Shown: one piece after another, positions 39,281 to 49,134 of the stretch
Layout: every line of letters starts with the position of its first letter
How positions within the stretch are numbered: position 1 is the first letter of the stretch
Assembly: GCA_017625815.1 (NCBI GenBank)
Contig: JAGAKD010000090.1
Coordinates: forward strand, 1,693 to 65,692
From: Lachnospiraceae bacterium
Lineage (GTDB): Bacteria; Bacillota; Clostridia; Lachnospirales; Lachnospiraceae
Direction of reading: 5' to 3'
Length of the DNA: 64,000 nucleotides
Notes under the pieces: generated by a model
What the model saw: only the letters and a program-made list of their open reading frames with translations
The model's database searches: none
What the model was told of the DNA's origin: nothing
Position numbers and translations under genes: made by a program

Positions 39281-42200
39281 ATGGCTTTAATTAGAAGTGG
39301 TAGTGTTGGTACCGAATCGCCCTACTTACAATATGAATTATACGCAGACCAAACTGGAGGTTCCGTAAATAATAGAACAATAAAGATAACTTTAAAAGCA
39401 AAGATAAGTTCTGGTTATTATGGTTATCCCGCAAATTGGAGAGCAAATATAAATGGAACTTGGTCTGGGTGGATGAGGTTAAAAGGAACGGAAAGTTGGA
39501 ATAAAAATGATGGTTTTAGAACTTTTGAGTATTCTGCTACAACTAATGTAGGAACAACTTCTTCAAAAGCTATAACAGTTGGATTTGGAATAGATAGTTA
39601 TAGTGGAGATGACTCTTGGGACTCAACAGTAACAGGTTCATTTACAGTAGGAGCAACAAATAGACCTCCAAATCCTCCATCGAATATAATAGTTAGAAAT
39701 GGAAGCTCTGCGAATAGTCCGGTTCTTAGTGCTGGAATAGTTCCAGAGAATATTACAACATTATATATAACTTGGAGTGCTGGGTCTGACCCTGATGGAG
39801 ACCAACTTACTTATGCCTTAAATGAAAGTATAAACAATGGAGGTTATGTTCAAAGAGATTTTGGAACAGATTTAGCGCACTCATACAATACAAATGGCTG
39901 GGATGAAGGTGGAACTATTCAGTTCTATGTAGATGCTAGAGATACAAAAGGGGCTTGGAGTAGTAAAACATACTCTGGAGTTCTTACAAAGAACAGATTA
40001 ACTGCGGGTACAATTTATGAATACTCAAATAATATCAATTTTAATACAAAATCATTTGAAGCTAGATTTCGTGGAGGGTCTAACACAGACAAGAGTGCGG
40101 TTACTTACTCTTGCTATTCTGATAGTATTACAATATATAATCAGACTTATACTTCAGATACTAAACAAACAATATTAATTTGGAGAACTGGAGACGCAAC
40201 TCCAGCTTCAAATCAACCATATATTAAATTCAATGAACTGGTCGAGCTGTATAGGTCTAATAATTTTACTGGAACACTAAGCATGGGTTTATTTTCAAAA
40301 AATACACATGGTACGAAAAAGAGCACCGTTGCTGCTGTCGTACAAGTTGATTTAAGAGTTGCGCCTGTTGCTCCTTCATCTGTATCAATAACTGGAGGAA
40401 AAGCCAAGAAAACAATAGCAGGTAGCACAGTATACTTGCCAAATGGAACTGATGATATTACTTTTTCTTGGATGGCAAGTACAAATCCTCTTAATGCTCC
40501 CTTCTCATATGACTTATATGAAGTATACAATGGGGAGGCAACCAAGATAGCAACTGTAGGTTCAAATAGCACTAGCTATTCTTATGTAAGACCTCCGCAG
40601 TTAAATGATATTGCCTCTTTAGCTTTTAAGGTAGTAGCAATTACAAGCTATGGTTATTCTAGTGAAAAAACATCAAATCAAATTAGATTAGAATATTATA
40701 ATCCACCTACAATATCAATAGGAGAAATATCAAGAGGAGATACAAGTGCTAGTGTTAATGCGCTAATAAAAATTAATACATCTATACCTTCTGTACAAGG
40801 AACAGGAACTTGGGAATGTAGTAATAATCAAAAAGGTAATATTACTACATCTAGTAGTAATATTAATATAACTAATTTAAAGTCTGATAGCACATATTCC
40901 CTTATTATATTATACAATGATAATAGTGGTTTGTCAACATCTAGAAGAGAGTCAATATCTATAGGAAAAAATCTTCCTATATTTTCAATTAATAAATTTG
41001 GTGTTGGAGTTAATGGATATGAAGCAAACAGCAGTTATTCTTTATTCACAAAAGGTAGTGGATATTTAGATGGATTAAGAATTAAAAGCAATAGTGGTTT
41101 AGAAGACTGTAATACTTATAAGACAGAAGAATTTTGGATAAATAGAACAAATGGGAAATCTTTAAATAGACCAACAAATTATGCTACTGTATTTAATATT
41201 GGAAGCGATAGCTCAACAAACTTCCAATTGGCATGTTCTTATACTGCTACTCCAGGCTTCTGGGTTAGAGGAAGACATGATACCACTGGAAACTATCATG
41301 ATTGGGCTCAAGTATATACAACACTAAATAAACCAACTGCTGCTGATGTAGGGCTATCAAACGTACAAAATAGAGCGTTTAACTGGAGTTGGGGAAGTTC
41401 TATACCAACTCATGTGTGGGGTTCTCAAGGAGATTCAACAAACCAATATGTATATAAAGTATCTACTCATGGTGATAGATTTAACTGCTTCCCATTTGTT
41501 GGCAGTGATGGAGTTATGGAGGTAGGTAAATATATTGATTTTCATGGTTCGTCAGATTCTACTGGAGATTTTCAAACAAGATTAACTTCAGTTTCTAATA
41601 CTGAATTTAATATATCAGCCGAAAATCTCACATTAGCAAACAACAATAACACTTGGAAATCTTTAGATTTAATGAGAAATGGATGTTTAGCGAGATTTGG
41701 TATAGGTTCAGATGGTACTGGCGCGGATGCGAACTGCGCAACATTGGAAACATGGAACAGTGGGGCTAGTGGTTATACAACAAGGTTGGAGGTTGGAGCT
41801 AATAGGCTAAGATATATAAAGAATATTGGTGGCTCACCAGCATTAAATGTTTGGGTAGATAGTGGTGCTCATGGAGGTATAGCCATTGGTTCTTCTTCTA
41901 CAACTTACTTAAAATGGTTAAGAGGTACTGCTCAGCTACAAGTTAGAAATTATGCTGATAATGCTTATACTCAAATTGTAGCAAGTTCATTTACTAATGG
42001 TTCAAGAAGAGAATATAAACAAGATATTGATGATATAGATGCTTCTATTGTAAAAGATATAGTTATGAATAACCATATTAAAACTTATCACTTAAAAGAA
42101 GAAGTTAAGGAAATGGAAAGTCTTGAAGCAGAAGCTCAAGCGTTGGGATTTGAGTTAGAAGAAGAAATGACAACTCCTAATACAAGAGCTGGTTTAATAC

Positions 42201-42370
42201 TTGAAGATTTAACACCAGAGGCTGATGATTTATTACATCCAGAAAGAACGGATGGTATTGATACTTATGCTATGGTGTCTGTATTATGGAAGTTCTGTCA
42301 AGAGCAACAAAAAGCAATAGACAGATTAGAACAAGAGAATAAAGAAATAAAAGAGAAACTGGGGCTTTAG
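39281..42370 (+). CDS. tail fibre/receptor-binding protein with Fn3-like domains and C-terminal S74-like chaperone
   Basis: Fn3-like units (NRPPNPPS...W.AGSDPDGD); W.QVYTTLNKPTAADVG; DGVMEVGKYIDFH; SRREYKQDI and a terminal coiled coil. Confidence 0.8.
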   Translation: MALIRSGSVGTESPYLQYELYADQTGGSVNNRTIKITLKAKISSGYYGYPANWRANINGTWSGWMRLKGTESWNKNDGFRTFEYSATTNVGTTSSKAITVGFGIDSYSGDDSWDSTVTGSFTVGATNRPPNPPSNIIVRNGSSANSPVLSAGIVPENITTLYITWSAGSDPDGDQLTYALNESINNGGYVQRDFGTDLAHSYNTNGWDEGGTIQFYVDARDTKGAWSSKTYSGVLTKNRLTAGTIYEYSNNINFNTKSFEARFRGGSNTDKSAVTYSCYSDSITIYNQTYTSDTKQTILIWRTGDATPASNQPYIKFNELVELYRSNNFTGTLSMGLFSKNTHGTKKSTVAAVVQVDLRVAPVAPSSVSITGGKAKKTIAGSTVYLPNGTDDITFSWMASTNPLNAPFSYDLYEVYNGEATKIATVGSNSTSYSYVRPPQLNDIASLAFKVVAITSYGYSSEKTSNQIRLEYYNPPTISIGEISRGDTSASVNALIKINTSIPSVQGTGTWECSNNQKGNITTSSSNINITNLKSDSTYSLIILYNDNSGLSTSRRESISIGKNLPIFSINKFGVGVNGYEANSSYSLFTKGSGYLDGLRIKSNSGLEDCNTYKTEEFWINRTNGKSLNRPTNYATVFNIGSDSSTNFQLACSYTATPGFWVRGRHDTTGNYHDWAQVYTTLNKPTAADVGLSNVQNRAFNWSWGSSIPTHVWGSQGDSTNQYVYKVSTHGDRFNCFPFVGSDGVMEVGKYIDFHGSSDSTGDFQTRLTSVSNTEFNISAENLTLANNNNTWKSLDLMRNGCLARFGIGSDGTGADANCATLETWNSGASGYTTRLEVGANRLRYIKNIGGSPALNVWVDSGAHGGIAIGSSSTTYLKWLRGTAQLQVRNYADNAYTQIVASSFTNGSRREYKQDIDDIDASIVKDIVMNNHIKTYHLKEEVKEMESLEAEAQALGFELEEEMTTPNTRAGLILEDLTPEADDLLHPERTDGIDTYAMVSVLWKFCQEQQKAIDRLEQENKEIKEKLGL

Positions 42371-42414
42371 CCTTAGTTTCTTTTAATATATATAATTTTT
42401 TGGAGGGAATAGAC

Positions 42415-43359
42415 ATGATAATAGGTTTAGACATGGGACATACTTTAAGCGGTGCTGGAACAGGTGCTAGAGGATATGTTGAGGAAACAGTAAAGAACAG
42501 AGAAGCTGGAAACAGACTAATGGCTATGCTAAGGGAAAAAGGGCATACGGTAATAAACTGTACTGTTGACAAAAGCACAAATGATTTATATGACAGAGTT
42601 AGAAAAGCTAATGCTCAAAAATTGGATTTATTTGTGTCTCTTCATTTAAACGCTTTTAAGCCAACAACTTCTGAAATGGGGGTTGAAACTCACATCTATA
42701 ATGGAAACTATAGTGGAAAAGAAGCTAATAGAAGATATGCTCAAGCTATTCAAACTGCTCTTGTTCAAGATGTAAAGTGGATAGATAGAAAAGTTAAGGA
42801 AAGTAATTTCTATGTTTTAAGAGAAACTGTGGCTCCAGCAGTGTTAGTTGAGCTTGGATTCTGCGATTCTCAAGGGGATATGAATAAATGGAATACTGAA
42901 AAGATAGCCGCTGCTTTATTCAGAGGAATAACTGGAACAGCTTATGTGGCTGCTCCTGTTGTAAACACAGGAAAAGGTGAAACATTTAAAGTTGGAGATA
43001 GAGTAGTAGTTTCTAAAAACGCTACAACTTACGCAACTGGTCAAAATATAGCGTCTTGGGTTAAAGGTCAAACTTATACAGTTCAAGAGGTTAAATCTGA
43101 TAGATGCTTACTTTCAGGCATAGTGTCTTGGGTATTTAATAAGGACCTTACTCTTGAAGGAGCTCCTACCTTCCAACCTTATATTGTTATTGTTGACACA
43201 GATGTTCTTAATGTAAGAACTGGTGCTGGAATATCCTACCCAATAGCAACTACAGTTAAGAAAGGTCAAGCTTTCACTATTGTAGAAGTTAAGGATGGTT
43301 GGGGAAAATTAAAATCTGGTGCTGGTTGGATAAGCCTAGAGTATACTAAAAAGAAATAG
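42415..43359 (+). CDS. endolysin, N-acetylmuramoyl-L-alanine amidase (Amidase_3) with two SH3-like binding domains
   Basis: LDMGH, E, SLHLNA and VELGF Zn-amidase motifs; LNVRTGAG...WGKLKSGAGWISL SH3b; start ATG 42415 after GGAGG. Confidence 0.93.
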   Translation: MIIGLDMGHTLSGAGTGARGYVEETVKNREAGNRLMAMLREKGHTVINCTVDKSTNDLYDRVRKANAQKLDLFVSLHLNAFKPTTSEMGVETHIYNGNYSGKEANRRYAQAIQTALVQDVKWIDRKVKESNFYVLRETVAPAVLVELGFCDSQGDMNKWNTEKIAAALFRGITGTAYVAAPVVNTGKGETFKVGDRVVVSKNATTYATGQNIASWVKGQTYTVQEVKSDRCLLSGIVSWVFNKDLTLEGAPTFQPYIVIVDTDVLNVRTGAGISYPIATTVKKGQAFTIVEVKDGWGKLKSGAGWISLEYTKKK

Positions 43360-43412
43360 GACAGTATAATTAAAGGTTATCATAGTTAGTCTTAAATACT
43401 ATGAACAATTAT

Positions 43413-43450
43413 AGAGGATAGAATAGTTATTATTCTATCCTCTTTTTTTT
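43413..43450 (+). terminator. Rho-independent terminator
   Basis: AGAGGATAGAATA/TATTCTATCCTCT plus T-run. Confidence 0.8.
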
Positions 43451-43466
43451 ATTAGGAGGAGATAAT

Positions 43467-43739
43467 ATGAAGAAAACAGTTGGGAGAGATTCTTATAAAG
43501 CTATCGCTCATGAAGAGATTTTAACAAATGAGGTGTGTAAAGTTTCTGAGGGCTCAACTTTTAGCTTACATGCTTTCTATATTCTAAATCAATCAAATGA
43601 AGATGTAGGAATAGCTATCAATGGTGGAGACTACATAAAACTAAAGTCTGGAGAAATGTATGACTTAAGCGGTCTAACAGAAGTTGTAAGCTGTAAAGTA
43701 GATACAGACGCTACTATTAGATGGGGAGGACTAATCTAA
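43467..43739 (+). CDS. small beta-rich hypothetical protein
   Basis: RBS AGGAGG; 90 aa. Confidence 0.65.
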   Translation: MKKTVGRDSYKAIAHEEILTNEVCKVSEGSTFSLHAFYILNQSNEDVGIAINGGDYIKLKSGEMYDLSGLTEVVSCKVDTDATIRWGGLI

Positions 43740-43870
43740 AATTTCCAGAAACCTTTCACGCAAAAACCCTGTCAGAAATGAAAAATCTGAGATTGGTGAT
43801 TTCTATATATAATTGAACAAGTGAGGAATACCCCACTTAAATAAATATTATTGAAAGGAATGATTAATCA

Positions 43871-44614
43871 ATGGAACTAGACCCAAATATGCTAGTTAGC
43901 GCACTAGCAAACAAAGACAATGATGGCTTAGGAGGAGGTAATGGACTTCTTTGGATTTTCTTGTTAATCCTATTCTGGGGAGGCGGAAATGGATTTAACC
44001 ACAGAGGAGGAGACGCTGCTATTGAAGGACAAATAGAAGCTGCTATAGCAAAAGCTGGGTCAAAAGGCTTATCAGACACTGCTATTTTAAATGCTATTCA
44101 AGGAAACAAAGAATCTATTGCTCAAATATCTAATACACTTGGAGTACAATTTGAAGCCGTAAGAAGTACATTAGCTTCAATGACTAATGGTATGTGCGAC
44201 TTAGGATACAAATTAGGACAAGATACTGCTAGTTTAATGTCAGCTATATCAGGAGGAAATGCTTCTTTAAGTAGACAATTAGCAGATTGTTGCTGCGCAA
44301 ATCAAAGAGCCATAGACGCCGCAAAATACGATATGGCTTCAGGATTCTGTCAAACTAATACAAACATCGACAAATCTACTTTCCAATTAGAAAGATATGT
44401 CGACCATAAATTTGAGCAAGCACAATCAGAAAACAGAGCTGGTTTCCAAGGAATTAGAGACTACTTAGTTGGAGAAAAAATCAATGCTTTACAAAACGAA
44501 TTACAATCTGCTCAATTAGCATTACAAAACAACAGTCAAACTAAAGCTATAATGGACTATATTGATAGCAAATGCGTATCAGCTGCTCCATCAACTCCAT
44601 CAACACCAGCTTAG
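43871..44614 (+). CDS. membrane-anchored coiled-coil protein with CCC motif
   Basis: Gly-flanked hydrophobic segment GLLWIFLLILFWGG; QLADCCC; C-terminal coiled coil; has its own terminator. Confidence 0.7.
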   Translation: MELDPNMLVSALANKDNDGLGGGNGLLWIFLLILFWGGGNGFNHRGGDAAIEGQIEAAIAKAGSKGLSDTAILNAIQGNKESIAQISNTLGVQFEAVRSTLASMTNGMCDLGYKLGQDTASLMSAISGGNASLSRQLADCCCANQRAIDAAKYDMASGFCQTNTNIDKSTFQLERYVDHKFEQAQSENRAGFQGIRDYLVGEKINALQNELQSAQLALQNNSQTKAIMDYIDSKCVSAAPSTPSTPA

Positions 44615-44621
44615 TATTATC

Positions 44622-44655
44622 ATGGAAGAGGATTAAAGCCTCTTCCATTTTTTTT
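44622..44655 (+). terminator. Rho-independent terminator
   Basis: ATGGAAGAGG/CCTCTTCCAT plus T-run. Confidence 0.8.
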
Positions 44656-44676
44656 GTTTATAAGGAGGGATTGATT

Positions 44677-44994
44677 ATGGAACTTAATATCATAATGACT
44701 GTCGCTTTAGGTCTTTTAGGAGCTGCGGCGGCGTACCTGATAGTATTATTCAAAAGAGGAAAAACTAAAGAAATTTATTCTATTATAAAAGCACTTGTTG
44801 ACGAGGCTGAAATTAAATTCGGCTCTGGTACAGGCGAACTAAAGTATCAATATGTTGCTGGAAAACTTTATTCTGTTTTACCTGGTTATGTAAAACTATT
44901 TATAAGCGACAAACTATTAGATACTTGGATAGAAACTGCGGTAAATGAATTACAAGAATATTTAGAAAAGAAAATCGAAAAAGAAGAGGTTTAG
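44677..44994 (+). CDS. holin (one N-terminal TM helix, LL-H-like)
   Basis: Start moved to ATG 44677 after AAGGAGG; TM helix then LV.EAE..FG.GTG.LK...V and IE.AV motifs. Confidence 0.7.
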   Translation: MELNIIMTVALGLLGAAAAYLIVLFKRGKTKEIYSIIKALVDEAEIKFGSGTGELKYQYVAGKLYSVLPGYVKLFISDKLLDTWIETAVNELQEYLEKKIEKEEV

Positions 44995-45067
44995 TCCTCT
45001 TCTCTTGTTTAATTCATTTTATCAAGATACATAAAGTTATTAAACACAAGAAAAAGGAGGAAATAAA

Positions 45068-47659
45068 ATGCTAAAACTTCCAGTAAAACCACCTATTGTT
45101 AATGAAAACATAGACCTTAGTGAATATGCTAAGAAGTCTGATGTTGATGCTATAGGTACATCATTGGGTAATAAAGCAGAGAAAAAAGAAGTAGAAAAAA
45201 TAAATTCGCAATTGGATACTTTAAATAAAAAGGTTGACGATGAAATAAAAGAAATTCAATCAACTACAGATACGTTCAAAGAAAATATTAATACATCTTT
45301 TAATGAGTTTTCTAATGAACAACAAAATAATTTTGAAGCTCTTAGAGAAGAAGTTTTAAGCGATATTGAAGCTAGTTACGTAGGTTACGATAATGAACAA
45401 CATCATAACTTAGAAAGTAGGCTTTATAGCGACTTTCATAAAATTAATCAACGAATTAATGATGGCTCATATTTAGAGTACGAAGGTACTTCTATTAAAG
45501 CGGATAATACTTATTATGGTTTAACTAAAGATACGGTTATTAAGGGGAGAACATTACAGAATTTAAACGTCAATAATGGAATTGCTTTATATGGAACTAG
45601 TGGAAGTGGTGGAGGTCTTGCTATGACTTACATTGATGGTTATATGGAATATAAAACTCAACCAAGTCCAAAAATTACATTTATTACCATAAGACCTCGT
45701 TGTCAAACAATGATGAAAAACAATACAACTTACACTATAATATTTGATATTCGAGAGAATAGTATTCCGAATTACAGAGGGGTAACAGTTAGTGGAGCTA
45801 ATGATTGTTTTTTTGGTACGTCTAGTTATAGATTATATCATAATACTGGATTTACTCTTGATGAAGGGGTTAAAAAGATAGTTGTAACTACTGGTGATAA
45901 TGTTAACGAGTATACGGGATTTGGCTTCGGATTCCCAGCTATAGATATGAACTCAATAGATGTGGGGTTAAAATTCGTTATAGGAAACACAATGGTTCTT
46001 GAGGGCGACCACACTAACACACCTATAGAAGAATTACCATTTATTGAGGGGATAGAATCAACAGGGGATAAGAGTAAGAATTTGTTTGACGGAAAAACAA
46101 GAAATGGATATTATAGTAATGGTGAATTTAAGCCTAATTCTTCAAACTTAGCAAACGTAAATCCAATAGAAATAAAACCAAATACTTATTATACTGGAAG
46201 TGGAGATGCTACACCTAGAATGTCTTTTTATGATGGCGACATGAATTTTATATCTTATAGTTCCGATTCGTCTACGTGTTTATCTCCATCTAATGCTAAA
46301 TATATGAATATCCACGCTATGGATGCGACTTATTTTCAAATAGAAGAAGGGACACAAGCCACACCATACCAAGAGTATTATGAAGGTTACAAGGTGAGTG
46401 GGAAGAGTTTTGGGAAGAATTTATTTGATAACAAGAAATTGATTCAAGGTACTTGGGAAGCTGTGGGGTCAACAAGAATAGTTGCTTTCTTAAAAAGAGT
46501 TAAAAAAGGAGATAGCTTCATTTTTAAATCTTTTACAGATAAATTTGACGTTTCAATAGGATTCACAAAACATAACGTTAATGATAAAAACAATATAAAT
46601 ATTAACGAAAGTGGTTGGATAATATGTAATGTTGGAACAACAAGAACGATTTCAGCTAATGCTGATGGTTATTTATTTTTGCAAATTAGAAACAAAGAAA
46701 ATACAGATATAGAACCGAGCGAACTTACGGGGAAAGAGTTTTTGATTGAAGAAGGCGAAACAGTAACTCCATTCGAGGAATACAAAGAAACAAATTACTC
46801 ATACATCTTAAATGAGCCTTTACGTTCATTACCTAACGGGGTATGTGATACGATTGACCTAGAAACGGGGGTACTTACTAGAAGAGTTGGGAAGGTTGTG
46901 CTTAATGAGAATACAGCAGGATTGTCCAATTTAACAAGCATAAGCAACAATTTAAGCGATTGCATATGTTTTGGTATAAATACGTTTAATTTTCCAAACC
47001 CAACGACAATAAAACCCAATTATGATAATTCATTAGTTTCAAATTTTCCTTTTAAAGGTGATAATAGTGATGATATGCATTGGAGAGGTAGTTATGGTAG
47101 TATTAATGGAGTTAATTATGGTTCAGTTTTATTTTACATTGAAAAGATAAAACTAGAAACACAAGACGCACAAGGGTTCAGCAAATGGCTAACTAATAAC
47201 AATATAGAAATGTGTTACCCATTATCTACACCAACAACAGAACAATTAACACCACAACAATTAAAATCATTCGATACTACTACTCACATAATAAGTGAAA
47301 ATAAACTTATGCCAATAGTGTCAACTAAAATACCTAGTAACGTACAAGCTATAATAAGTACATTAAGATTAGAGAATAGCGATTTAAGAAATAATGTTGA
47401 AGTGCTTAGTGTTGAAAATGAAGAGTTAAAAGAAACTAATGATGTTCAAGATGAAATGATTGATATAAATATGTTAGCAAGTGATGAATTATATACACTT
47501 ATAGAACCATTACTTGTTGATATGCTAAGCGAAAGAGGTGTGAGTAAATTAGTAGATATGTATGTTGCTATGGTTCAAAGAGGACTAAAAATAATAGACC
47601 AAGTGCCAGCAAGATACAGAGCAGAAGTTCAAGCTATTCTTGAAGCTTTAGAAAAATAG
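45068..47659 (+). CDS. accessory tail fibre/baseplate-type protein with carbohydrate-binding modules and a C-terminal CD1375/XkdX-like tail
   Basis: DLSEYAKK; KNLFD repeats; QIEEG..ATPY; LRSLPNGVCDTID; ends MYVAMV.RG...IDQVP.RYR..V. Confidence 0.7.
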   Translation: MLKLPVKPPIVNENIDLSEYAKKSDVDAIGTSLGNKAEKKEVEKINSQLDTLNKKVDDEIKEIQSTTDTFKENINTSFNEFSNEQQNNFEALREEVLSDIEASYVGYDNEQHHNLESRLYSDFHKINQRINDGSYLEYEGTSIKADNTYYGLTKDTVIKGRTLQNLNVNNGIALYGTSGSGGGLAMTYIDGYMEYKTQPSPKITFITIRPRCQTMMKNNTTYTIIFDIRENSIPNYRGVTVSGANDCFFGTSSYRLYHNTGFTLDEGVKKIVVTTGDNVNEYTGFGFGFPAIDMNSIDVGLKFVIGNTMVLEGDHTNTPIEELPFIEGIESTGDKSKNLFDGKTRNGYYSNGEFKPNSSNLANVNPIEIKPNTYYTGSGDATPRMSFYDGDMNFISYSSDSSTCLSPSNAKYMNIHAMDATYFQIEEGTQATPYQEYYEGYKVSGKSFGKNLFDNKKLIQGTWEAVGSTRIVAFLKRVKKGDSFIFKSFTDKFDVSIGFTKHNVNDKNNININESGWIICNVGTTRTISANADGYLFLQIRNKENTDIEPSELTGKEFLIEEGETVTPFEEYKETNYSYILNEPLRSLPNGVCDTIDLETGVLTRRVGKVVLNENTAGLSNLTSISNNLSDCICFGINTFNFPNPTTIKPNYDNSLVSNFPFKGDNSDDMHWRGSYGSINGVNYGSVLFYIEKIKLETQDAQGFSKWLTNNNIEMCYPLSTPTTEQLTPQQLKSFDTTTHIISENKLMPIVSTKIPSNVQAIISTLRLENSDLRNNVEVLSVENEELKETNDVQDEMIDINMLASDELYTLIEPLLVDMLSERGVSKLVDMYVAMVQRGLKIIDQVPARYRAEVQAILEALEK

Positions 47660-47770
47660 TTGCAAATGATTAAAATTGCGCATTAAAAAGCTTTATTATT
47701 TGTAATACCTTGATAATATTTTAAAGTCTGAACTTTTCTTATATAATTAATAATGAGGGGAGTTGGAAAA

Positions 47771-47923
47771 TTGAAAGAGAATATTATCAAGGATAGATTA
47801 AAGAGTCTAAGAGAAGAAAAATCGATATATCAAAAGGATTTAGCAGATAAATTACATATAAGTAGAGCTGCTATTGCAAGCTATGAAACATTTATATTAT
47901 ATGGGGTTAATAAAGCTAAGTAA
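47771..47923 (+). pseudogene. truncated XRE-family HTH gene
   Basis: TTG start; MKENIIKDRLKSLREEKSIYQKDLADKLHISRAAIASYET then diverges and stops at 50 aa; lacks the last helices of the HTH_3 domain. Confidence 0.7.
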
Positions 47924-47926
47924 ACT

Positions 47927-47958
47927 AAAAGCAGATAGTTAATACTATCTGCTTTTTC
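47927..47958 (+). terminator. Rho-independent terminator (possibly bidirectional)
   Basis: AAAAGCAGATAGT-TAAT-ACTATCTGCTTTT. Confidence 0.8.
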
Positions 47959-48032
47959 TATTTTGGACAATAAACTACAAATATTTAAGCTGAACTTTAA
48001 ATTTTATAGAGAAGAAAAGGAGGTATAAACTT

Positions 48033-49124
48033 ATGGCACAAAAATTTCAAATTACTCATATAAATACAAGTGGCAATGTTTCTGTACTACACCCAGAAAC
48101 AAATGCTGACCAAATAGTGGATGGTAGCATTAATAAGATTTCAAAGAAAACTGAGGTTAGTGATTGGAATGCGAAATCTCAGGAGGTAGCAGAAGCTAGA
48201 TTAGGTAAAACAACTTTAAAAGAAAAGATTGAGTCTATAGATACTGCTCTTGAGCCAATAAATATTTTAACTGCGTTAAAGACAGTAGATGGAAGTGGAA
48301 GTGGACTTGACGCAGATACAGTAGATGGAAGAACTGTTGATGATACTAAAGCAACATCCTCAAACCTTTGGACCGGTCAAAAGGTTGCCAATGAATTAGG
48401 TAAAAAACTTAATACTACAGAAATTACTAAAATCGCCCAAGCTGAAAAGGTACTTCGTTTAAACTCGGAAGCAAAGCTAGAAGCAGATGTAAAAGGAAAC
48501 GCTGATACAGCTACATCTTGGCGTAAACCAAGTACTATAACTCTTGCTGGAGATGTTTCTGGTAATTTTAGTATAGCAGGTAATGAAAATGGTCCAATAA
48601 GTGTTACTACTCAAGTTAAAGATGACTCTCATAACCATTCTTATATGGTTAAAGGCGCTAATAGACTAGAAATGGGAACTAATAATATAACAGAATTTAA
48701 GAAAACTGGTGCTATATTAAGTGCTATAGACGCAAATGGAAACTTTACAGGCTCTGCTGCGAAAGTAGGAGGTTATAAAGTAGATAACTCTGGTGTGGGA
48801 GAAGCAATTTGGACGAGTAGGAAGATAACAGAAGTTATAGCTGATATTGGAGCTAAAGTTAATACGGATACACAAACAATACAAATCGGAAACTCATTAA
48901 AAATTAAATATGGCACAGTGAATATCGCAAATTTAAGCTCTGTTAGTATTACTTTTGATGAGCCTTTCCAAATGGTTTTATTTGATGGCAACTCTTTAGA
49001 AAGTGTTGACACAGACCAATTTTGTACAAAGAAAAGTGAAACTCTAACAACAAGGGGAGTTCAATATACTTTGAATAAGACAACAACAAAAGGTACTCTT
49101 ACTTGGTTTGTAGTTGGAGTGTAG
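48033..49124 (+). CDS. short tail fibre-like protein with gp53-like C-terminal domain
   Basis: HPETNADQI; DGSGSGLDADTVDG; GNADTAT; LKIKYG...ITFDEPF...WFVVG. Confidence 0.7.
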   Translation: MAQKFQITHINTSGNVSVLHPETNADQIVDGSINKISKKTEVSDWNAKSQEVAEARLGKTTLKEKIESIDTALEPINILTALKTVDGSGSGLDADTVDGRTVDDTKATSSNLWTGQKVANELGKKLNTTEITKIAQAEKVLRLNSEAKLEADVKGNADTATSWRKPSTITLAGDVSGNFSIAGNENGPISVTTQVKDDSHNHSYMVKGANRLEMGTNNITEFKKTGAILSAIDANGNFTGSAAKVGGYKVDNSGVGEAIWTSRKITEVIADIGAKVNTDTQTIQIGNSLKIKYGTVNIANLSSVSITFDEPFQMVLFDGNSLESVDTDQFCTKKSETLTTRGVQYTLNKTTTKGTLTWFVVGV

Positions 49125-49134
49125 GAGGCGTAAT

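Noticed and set aside
31011-42370. Diversity-generating retroelement or invertase-shuffled fibre tips
   Set aside because: No reverse transcriptase or recombinase in the window, no adenine-specific TR/VR pair and no inverted cassettes.
43740-43860. c-di-GMP-I riboswitch-like ACGCAAA motif (also at 37440)
   Set aside because: The flanking GGCAAAC/GNRA P2 and P3 stems are not present.
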